This document shows positions 57,705-64,000 of a stretch of DNA of 64,000 nt, in pieces. The stretch's first letter is position 1, and each line of letters starts with the position of its first letter. The position numbers were made by a program, and so were the translations under genes. The DNA comes from a virus, in the IMG/VR virus record IMGVR_UViG_3300046028_008994. The stretch is one strand, 5' to 3'. A model generated the notes under the pieces. It was given only the letters and a program-made list of their open reading frames with translations, made no database searches and was not told where the DNA came from.

Positions 57705-59042
57705 ATGAAGTTATCAATTAAAGAAAATAGTACTAATTATGTTTGTACTGTAGTAGAAATTAAAGATTTATTTCCTATTGAAGGAGCAGATAAAATTCAA
57801 AGATGTGTAGTCAATGGAAATGATGTTGTTGTAAGTAAAGATGTAAAATTAGGTGATAAAATGCTTTATTTTGTATCTGGAACTAGATTAAATGAAGATT
57901 ATTGTAAGTACAATAATTTGTTAGATAAAGCAGAATCAAATAATGATACTACTAAAAAAGGATTTATTAGTTATAAACAATTTAGAGTTAAAGCTATTAG
58001 ATTAAAAGGTATTGTTTCTGATGGTATGTTGATGCCTTTAGAAAGTTTAGGTTTTGATGATAATGCTTGGGATAGTGATTTAAAACCAGGAAATGAATTT
58101 ACAGATATTAATGGTATTTCAATTTGTGAAAAATATTTTGTACCTTGTAGAAATTCTAATCCAGGAGGTAAAGCACCAGCTAAAACTCCTAAAATTAGTA
58201 GATTAGTTGAAAATCAATTTTTCTTACATAACGATACAGATAATTTAAGAAAAAATATTCATAAATTAGATGCTAATGACATTATTAGTATTCATTATAA
58301 AAAACACGGTACATCAGCTGTTTTTGGTAATGTTTTAGTTAAAAAGAATCTAAAATGGTTTGAAAAATTAGCTAAAAAATTAGGTGTGAATATTGTTGAT
58401 ACTCACTATGATATTGTTTATTCAAGTAGAAAAGTAGTTAAAAACGAATATTTAAACCCAAATCAAGATGGTGGTTATTATAGTGAAGATATTTGGGGAG
58501 TAGTAGTTAAAGAAATTAGCCATTTAATTCCTAAAAACTGGACTTTGTATGGTGAAATTTTAGGTTATACACCTTCAGGCGCTTACATTCAAGATGGTTT
58601 TGATTATGGTTGCCAAAAAGGAGAACACAAATTTTATGTTTATAAAATATCTGTTGTTAATCCTGATGGTCAAGTTATTTATTTAACTGATAAACAAATC
58701 CAAGAATGGTGTGAAAAAGTAGGTTTATTATTTAAAGATACTTTTATTTATTATGGTAACATAGATAATTTATTTGAAAGTAAAGAATTCCAAGATTGGG
58801 ATGTTTTAGTTAGAGAAGAAATAAGAGATTCATGGAAAGAAACATTATTAGATTATTTAGAATTCAAATATAATGAAAAAGATTGTTATATGTGTGTAAA
58901 TAAAGTTCCTGAAGAAGGTATTATTTTAAGAATAGAAAAATTAGAACACTACGAGGCTTATAAATTAAAATCTAAAAGATTTATTTTAGGTGAATCTGAA
59001 GCTCAGGAAAAAGGACAAGAAAATTTAGAAGACAATCAATAA
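57705..59042 (+). CDS. RNA ligase (Rnl2/DRB0094-like) with N-terminal OB fold
   Basis: IEGADKI, RL.G..SDG, motif I KKHGT, YGE, EGIILR, KLKS. Confidence 0.75.
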   Translation: MKLSIKENSTNYVCTVVEIKDLFPIEGADKIQRCVVNGNDVVVSKDVKLGDKMLYFVSGTRLNEDYCKYNNLLDKAESNNDTTKKGFISYKQFRVKAIRLKGIVSDGMLMPLESLGFDDNAWDSDLKPGNEFTDINGISICEKYFVPCRNSNPGGKAPAKTPKISRLVENQFFLHNDTDNLRKNIHKLDANDIISIHYKKHGTSAVFGNVLVKKNLKWFEKLAKKLGVNIVDTHYDIVYSSRKVVKNEYLNPNQDGGYYSEDIWGVVVKEISHLIPKNWTLYGEILGYTPSGAYIQDGFDYGCQKGEHKFYVYKISVVNPDGQVIYLTDKQIQEWCEKVGLLFKDTFIYYGNIDNLFESKEFQDWDVLVREEIRDSWKETLLDYLEFKYNEKDCYMCVNKVPEEGIILRIEKLEHYEAYKLKSKRFILGESEAQEKGQENLEDNQ

Positions 59043-59065
59043 AAAAACAATTAAATAAAATAAAA

Positions 59066-59311
59066 ATGAGAGAAGAATTAAACCCAGAACCAGTTATGGA
59101 AAAAATGTCAGAAGAGTACAAACCATCAAAAGCAGAAGCACTTAGAGAATATGAAATTAGTATTCGTTTTTTAAGTAGAGGATGTGTTGTAAGAGTAGGA
59201 TGTAAAGAAATTGCTTTTGAAGATGTTAATAAAGCAATGTCTCAACTTAATGAGTATGTAACAGGAGATACATATGAAGTTCAAAAACAATGGCGTAAAA
59301 TTTTAGGTTAA
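59066..59311 (+). CDS. Hypothetical protein
   Basis: G.VVRVGCK..AF pattern. Confidence 0.6.
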   Translation: MREELNPEPVMEKMSEEYKPSKAEALREYEISIRFLSRGCVVRVGCKEIAFEDVNKAMSQLNEYVTGDTYEVQKQWRKILG

Positions 59312-59333
59312 TAACTAAAATAATTTTAAAGAT

Positions 59334-59366
59334 AGGCTTGGTTTTCCAAGCCTTCTTTCGTATATT
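59334..59366 (+). promoter_or_regulatory. Terminator-like hairpin plus promoter
   Basis: AGGCTTGG-TTTT-CCAAGCCT, TATATT at 59361, ATG 6 nt later. Confidence 0.75.
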
Positions 59367-59372
59367 CACAAT

Positions 59373-60458
59373 ATGAAATTAAGTAAATTATATTCAAGAG
59401 CAACAAATGGTAAAATAAATACCTTTGAAATTGAAGTAGAAGGTAATAAATACCGTACAATAACAGGTTACAAAGATATGAAACTTACAACAAGTGAGTG
59501 GACAGTTTGTGATGCAAAATCATATTGTAGTGCTGAGGAACAAGCATTAAAAGAAGCAACAGCGATTCATCGTAAAAAAATAGAAACAGGTTCATTTGAA
59601 GATATTAGCCAAATTGATAATAAAGTATTTTTTGAACCAATGCTCGCTAAAGACTGGAATAAAGAAAAAAGTAAAGTTAAATTTCCTCTTTTCAGTCAGC
59701 CAAAACTCGATGGTATTCGTTGTATTGTTAGAGTAGATGGAATGTGGAGCAGAAATGGTAAACAAATCATTTCAGCACCTCATATTTTTGAAATACTAAA
59801 ACCACTATTTGAAATTAATCCTGATTTAATATTTGATGGAGAGTTATATGCTGATAAATTTGCAAATGATTTTAATGCTATTTGTTCATTAGTTAAGAAA
59901 ACTAAACCAACAGAAGAAGATTTATTAGAATCAGCTAAAGCAATTCAATATCACATTTATGATTTGCCAAGTTATAATGCTGTGTTTACACAACGTTATA
60001 AACATTTACATAAAATGCTAACTAATTATCATTCATCTATAGTTGTAGTTACAACAGATCAAATTGATAATATGAATGATGTTGCTGGTTATTATGAAGA
60101 CTATGTTAATGAAGGTTATGAAGGTCAAATGATTCGTTTAGATGGAAATTATGAGAACAAACGTTCTAAGTATTTACTTAAACATAAATCATTTATTGAT
60201 GAAGAATATACAATTTTAGATGTTGTTGAAGGTATTGGTAATAAAACAGGAATGGTTGGTTCATTTGTATTTGAAAGTAAAACAGGTAAACGATTTAATT
60301 CATCACCTAAATTTAATTGGGAAGAATGTACTAAAATGTGGAATGAAAGAGAAAGTTTAATAGGCAAATCAGCAACAGTTAAGTATTTTAACTTAACACC
60401 AGATGGTGTACCTCGTTTCCCATATGTAATTAAAATAGCAAGAGAAGATTATGAATAA
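59373..60458 (+). CDS. ATP-dependent DNA ligase
   Basis: PMLA, KLDGIR, SRNGK, DGELY, YEG.MIR, KRS..LLK.K, PRFP. Confidence 0.92.
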   Translation: MKLSKLYSRATNGKINTFEIEVEGNKYRTITGYKDMKLTTSEWTVCDAKSYCSAEEQALKEATAIHRKKIETGSFEDISQIDNKVFFEPMLAKDWNKEKSKVKFPLFSQPKLDGIRCIVRVDGMWSRNGKQIISAPHIFEILKPLFEINPDLIFDGELYADKFANDFNAICSLVKKTKPTEEDLLESAKAIQYHIYDLPSYNAVFTQRYKHLHKMLTNYHSSIVVVTTDQIDNMNDVAGYYEDYVNEGYEGQMIRLDGNYENKRSKYLLKHKSFIDEEYTILDVVEGIGNKTGMVGSFVFESKTGKRFNSSPKFNWEECTKMWNERESLIGKSATVKYFNLTPDGVPRFPYVIKIAREDYE

Positions 60459-60873
60459 AAAAATATATTTAGACGACATACGTACACCACATGATCCATC
60501 ATGGGTTGTAGTAAGAAATTATGATGAATTTGTAAATAAAATCACTGAAATTGGTTTAGAAAATATTGAGCTAATTTCATTAGACCATGATTTAGGTGAT
60601 TCAGCAATGAAAGAATGGCATACAAACGTATATCACAACTATACTTTAGATTATAATAACATCACTGAAAAAACAGGAATGGATTGTACTAAATGGTTAG
60701 TTGAACAGTGGTTAAACGGAGCGCCTGTTTGTAAAGTAATGATTCATTCAGCCAATGCTATTGGAAGTGCTAATATGATGGGGTTAATTAATAATTACAA
60801 ACATATTCATAGATCACCACAAGACTGTGTTAGATGGAATATACCACATACAATAGAAACAATAATTGAATAA
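60451..60873 (+). CDS. Cyclic-phosphate-processing receiver-like domain protein
   Basis: IYLDD.R.P, ISLDHDLG, TG.D..KWL, IHSAN..G..NM. Confidence 0.7.
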   Translation: MNKKIYLDDIRTPHDPSWVVVRNYDEFVNKITEIGLENIELISLDHDLGDSAMKEWHTNVYHNYTLDYNNITEKTGMDCTKWLVEQWLNGAPVCKVMIHSANAIGSANMMGLINNYKHIHRSPQDCVRWNIPHTIETIIE

Positions 60874-61060
60874 AATGAGTGATCTTAGAGTTAAAGTAAA
60901 ATATTATGATATTGAAATAGAATATTCAGTACCATTAACAGAACGAGATTATTTAGAAGTTGGCAAAACAACTCAGGCCTCAATAGTTGATTTTGTTAAA
61001 CAAACTACCGAATGTGTAGAACAACTTATAATTACTGGAAGAAAAAGTTTGGAGAACTAA
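60866..61060 (+). CDS. Hypothetical protein
   Basis: 64 aa ORF. Confidence 0.5.
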   Translation: MNKMSDLRVKVKYYDIEIEYSVPLTERDYLEVGKTTQASIVDFVKQTTECVEQLIITGRKSLEN

Positions 61061-61083
61061 AATAAAGATTGTATATTCACAAT

Positions 61084-61743
61084 ATGAAAATAATATTAAA
61101 ACCAGAACAACAATTATTTTTTACTTCAGATACACACTACAGTCATAAAAATATCTGTAGAGCAACTACTGAATGGAAAGATGCTGATGATAAAACTCGT
61201 GATTTTAAATCATTAAATCATATGAACGATACTATTGTTAACAACATTAATAGAATGGTTGGTGAAGATGATATATTATTTCATCTAGGTGATTGGTCAT
61301 TTGGTGGGTTTGAAAAAATACAAGAGTTTAGAGATAGAATTGTTTGTAAAAATATTCACTTGATTTTAGGCAACCATGACGAACATATTGAGCGTAATAA
61401 AGACGATATAAGGTGTTTATTTACATCAGTAAACCACTATATTAATCTAGATATACGTCGACCATCAATAAAAGGTAAAGGACAAATAGACAAATATAGA
61501 TTTATTTGTATGCACTTTCCAATTGCGTCTTGGGATGAAATGAATAATAATGTTATACACTTGCATGGTCATGTACACCTTCCAAAACATCAAAGGATTG
61601 GAAACGGAAGGAGTCTTGATGTAGGTGTAGATGGTAATGGTTTAGAACCAATTTCATTAGATGAAGTAGTATCATTACTCAAAGATCAACCAATAGACAA
61701 ACTTTGCCTTCCTCGTGATCATCATGTTAAAAGATTAATTTAA
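61084..61743 (+). CDS. Calcineurin-like metallophosphoesterase
   Basis: SDTH, LGD, GNHD, HFP, HGHVH, DVGVD. Confidence 0.88.
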   Translation: MKIILKPEQQLFFTSDTHYSHKNICRATTEWKDADDKTRDFKSLNHMNDTIVNNINRMVGEDDILFHLGDWSFGGFEKIQEFRDRIVCKNIHLILGNHDEHIERNKDDIRCLFTSVNHYINLDIRRPSIKGKGQIDKYRFICMHFPIASWDEMNNNVIHLHGHVHLPKHQRIGNGRSLDVGVDGNGLEPISLDEVVSLLKDQPIDKLCLPRDHHVKRLI

Positions 61744-61910
61744 TGAAAAGTCCAATATTAGATAAAGTTTTTAAGGATATGGAAAAAGATCCTTGGCATG
61801 TTAAATTAAAACGTTGGTGGAGAGTAACAATATGGATTTGGGTGTGTATAACTCGTTTTATATGGGACTTAGACTATCAACATAACATATTTAAAAAAAG
61901 AAAAAAATGA
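61743..61910 (+). CDS. Small Trp-rich hypothetical protein (55 aa)
   Basis: Fills the gap with TAATG and ATGA overlaps. Confidence 0.55.
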   Translation: MKSPILDKVFKDMEKDPWHVKLKRWWRVTIWIWVCITRFIWDLDYQHNIFKKRKK

Positions 61911-62659
61911 AATTAATAGCATTAGGAGATACACACGGAAGAGGAATATGGCAACACATAATCCAAAAAGAAAACCCAGACCACATTGTGTTTATAGGGG
62001 ATTATTTTGATTCATTTGATATTCCATACATTGATCAAATGTATAATTTTAAACAAATTATCAATTATAAAAAAACTAACCCTGATAAATGTACATTGTT
62101 AATAGGAAACCACGATGTTCATTATCAAAGATGGGCCATTACAGGTTTTGAAAATTACTCAGGTTTTCAAAGAGCTCATACTCTTGATATTTGTCAAGAG
62201 TTTGAATTGAATGAAGATTTATTTCAAATGGCTTACAAAATGGATAATTTTTTATTTACTCATGCTGGTGTAACTAAAACATGGCTTGAAAATATGGAAA
62301 TTGAAAACGATGAAAACATGGTTGATGTTATTAATGATTACGCTAAATTTAAACCTCAATTATTTGGTTTTGGAATTGTTGGTAGAACAGGTTATGTTGA
62401 TCCTTATGGTGATAATATTTGGCAAAATCCAACTTGGGTAAGGGAAAGATCGTTAATGAAAGATTCTAAAGATTTAGGCTACATTCAAATAGTAGGTCAT
62501 ACTACTAAAAATCAAATAGATATTGAAGGTAAAAGTACTAACTCAAAATATTTTTTCATAGACACATTAGAAACTTCAGGTGAATATTTGATTATTGAAG
62601 ATGGAGAAATAATGTGTAATAGTTGGAAAAAAGATAATTTAAGAAAAAATAAACAATAA
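61907..62659 (+). CDS. Calcineurin-like metallophosphoesterase
   Basis: GDTHG, GDYFD, GNHD, HAG, GHT, IDT. Confidence 0.88.
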   Translation: MKLIALGDTHGRGIWQHIIQKENPDHIVFIGDYFDSFDIPYIDQMYNFKQIINYKKTNPDKCTLLIGNHDVHYQRWAITGFENYSGFQRAHTLDICQEFELNEDLFQMAYKMDNFLFTHAGVTKTWLENMEIENDENMVDVINDYAKFKPQLFGFGIVGRTGYVDPYGDNIWQNPTWVRERSLMKDSKDLGYIQIVGHTTKNQIDIEGKSTNSKYFFIDTLETSGEYLIIEDGEIMCNSWKKDNLRKNKQ

Positions 62660-62686
62660 GAGCCCTGTAAAAGGGCTCAAATTTTG
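62660..62686 (+). terminator. Possible intrinsic terminator
   Basis: GAGCCCT-GTAAA-AGGGCTC right after a stop codon; weak T-tract. Confidence 0.45.
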
Positions 62687-62716
62687 TAATATTTATTATC
62701 GACCAAAACAATAAAT

Positions 62717-63415
62717 ATGATGATAAATATATCTAAAAAATGCTCCAAATGTGGAGATAATAAAGAAATTACTGAATTTTCTAAAGACAAATCAAGAAAA
62801 GATGGTTATGCTAATTATTGTAAATTATGTAAGGGTTCTTTAGATAAAAAAATATATGATGGTATAGATAAACAAGTTATTAAATCTAAAAATAAAAATT
62901 TATATATAAAAAATAAAGATATTAAGAAAAAACAAAACATTATATATTATCATAATAATAAAGAAAAATATCTAATAAAATTGAGAGAATATAATAAAAT
63001 TTATTCTCTTAATAATAAAGAAAAAAGAAATATTTATCAACGTGTTAGGAGAACTAAAATAAAATATCAAACAAGATGGAGAAATTTATTACTAGACACT
63101 CTTAAAAGATTAGGTAAAACTAAAGAATCATCAACCCAAGAATTATTAAATTATTCAGCTTTAGATTTAAAAAATCACTTAGATAATCTAGGGATGGATT
63201 GGAACAATGACCATATAGATCATAAAATTCCTGTTACTTGGTTTAAACCTGAAACACCACCCTATATAGTTAATGATTTAAGAAATTTACAACCATTAAA
63301 TGAAAATGATAATAAATCAAAAGGTAATTTATATATGCATCCTGTTTCTATAGATTTTTTAGAATTAGTTAAACCCCATATTTTAGAAAAATATCAAAAT
63401 AGTTTGGGATTATAA
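62717..63415 (+). mobile_element. HNH-type endonuclease with N-terminal zinc finger
   Basis: CSKC...F..DK...DG....CKLC, HIDHKIP, NLQPL...N.SK. Confidence 0.75.
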
Positions 63416-63441
63416 ATTTTTATTTATATATTCATGCTAAT

Positions 63442-63645
63442 ATGATAACACAATCACAATTAAACTCAATAGGTTATTTCACTTGTAGTAATCAACATGA
63501 ATTTTTTAATGGTTCATTTGATTACTTATTTAACATTAGAACTCAAGATTTATGGAGTGTTAATGATGGAATTGGAGAAAATGAGTTTTTGTGTAAGTGT
63601 ACAGATATAGAAGAATTAGTTAAATTATTAGAATTAAATCCTTAA
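63442..63645 (+). CDS. Hypothetical protein
   Basis: 67 aa ORF after promoter at 63404. Confidence 0.55.
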   Translation: MITQSQLNSIGYFTCSNQHEFFNGSFDYLFNIRTQDLWSVNDGIGENEFLCKCTDIEELVKLLELNP

Positions 63646-64000
63646 TGATATCAGAAAGTAGTATAATAGAAGGTTGTTTGAATGAAAACAAAACATACCA
63701 AAATGAGTTATATAAACGATACTCAAGTAAAATGATGGTAGTGTGTTTGAGATACGCAAAGGATAAAATGGAAGCCGAAGATATTTTGCAAGAAGGTTTC
63801 ATAAAAATTTATGATAATATTTCTAAATTTAGGATGCAAGGTTCTTTCGAGGGTTGGATTAGACGAATTATGGTGAATACTGCTCTTAATAAAATAAAAA
63901 CCACCAAAATGGTGTTTGAAAATATAGATGATATTGGTGATGAATTTATTGAACCGATTATTGAAGATACAACATTGAATGAAAAAGTATTATTAGATAT
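63645..64000 (+). CDS. ECF sigma-70 factor, Bacteroidota type (partial, runs off the window)
   Basis: Own translation: MISESSIIEGC...LYKRYSSKMMVVCLRYAKDKMEAEDILQEGFIKIY..I.KF...GSFEGWIRRIMVNTAL. Confidence 0.88.
   Translation, partial: MISESSIIEGCLNENKTYQNELYKRYSSKMMVVCLRYAKDKMEAEDILQEGFIKIYDNISKFRMQGSFEGWIRRIMVNTALNKIKTTKMVFENIDDIGDEFIEPIIEDTTLNEKVLLD

Larger units (their letters stand above)
157..62697 (+). promoter_or_regulatory. Dispersed promoter class 2 (late-like): ATAT(T/G)TAT(A/T)
   Basis: Copies at 157, 4287, 7874, 15309, 17442, 18496, 19248, 21267, 24302, 31240, 45076, 46255, 47321, 54171, 55216, 62689; mostly 3-5 nt before ATG. Confidence 0.65.
2520..63432 (+). promoter_or_regulatory. 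Dispersed promoter class 1: TTGG-N19-TATRTT (23 copies)
   Basis: TTG at 2520, 4787, 8525, 12885, 13945, 15884, 20093, 21602, 24863, 25654, 31469, 34685, 43567, 46741, 48197, 49158, 50983, 54964, 55980, 57654, 59338, 61049, 63404; invariant spacing, all at gene boundaries. Confidence 0.85.

Noticed and set aside
7893-63415. Endonucleases as group I intron-encoded
   Set aside because: Flanking genes are complete, and the endonuclease ORFs fill the gaps with no room for intron core structure.
515-63802. Minus-strand ORFs and nested alternative-frame plus-strand ORFs in the track (e.g. 515, 661, 4872, 5616, 20209, 23660, 48918, 54491, 63620)
   Set aside because: All overlap well-supported plus-strand genes and show no motifs or promoter; 63620 is the antisense shadow of the sigma factor.
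1-64000. Stop-codon reassignment
   Set aside because: Conserved genes are full length in the standard code, and TAA, TAG and TGA all end genes.
1-64000. tRNA, rRNA or large ncRNA genes
   Set aside because: Intergenic gaps are short and explained by promoters, hairpins or small ORFs. No cloverleaf was seen by eye; a tRNAscan/Infernal run would be needed to exclude them fully.

Overview
A 64 kb segment of a very AT-rich, large dsDNA phage genome. All credible genes lie on the + strand and use the standard code. The promoter architecture and a partial ECF sigma factor point to a Bacteroidota host. Contents in order: (1) a T4-like replication and recombination core (short family A polymerase, SSB, RecA/UvsX, 5'-3' exonuclease, DnaB/gp41 helicase, class II RNR, family B polymerase, clamp, clamp loader, GroES/EL); (2) a 7-deazaguanine cluster (DpdA/TGT-like, QueC, QueD, QueE, FolE, plus HPRT); (3) a 12 kb sugar synthesis, glycosyltransferase and methyltransferase cluster; (4) small host-takeover genes; (5) thymidylate synthase, ClpP, DNA ligase and an RNA-repair set; (6) six free-standing homing endonucleases. 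Several structures are not explained by this gene list. First, an array of small genes joined by six copies of ATAGAAAGTTATGA sits directly upstream of thyA, and two to three of its members are built from the variable insertion loops of that ThyA. Second, dispersed single-gene cassettes each carry an ATAT(T/G)TAT promoter-like motif and a shared N-terminal leader peptide on unrelated cargo; these are candidate capsid-targeted internal proteins. Third, there are 23 exactly spaced TTGG-N19-TATRTT promoters: eight are built into hairpins (seven terminator-like) and nine are positioned for leaderless translation. Fourth, the homing endonuclease genes mostly hide their start codon in a hairpin and supply the downstream promoter or start codon from their last codons. 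All functional calls come from visual motif recognition; no database search was run.
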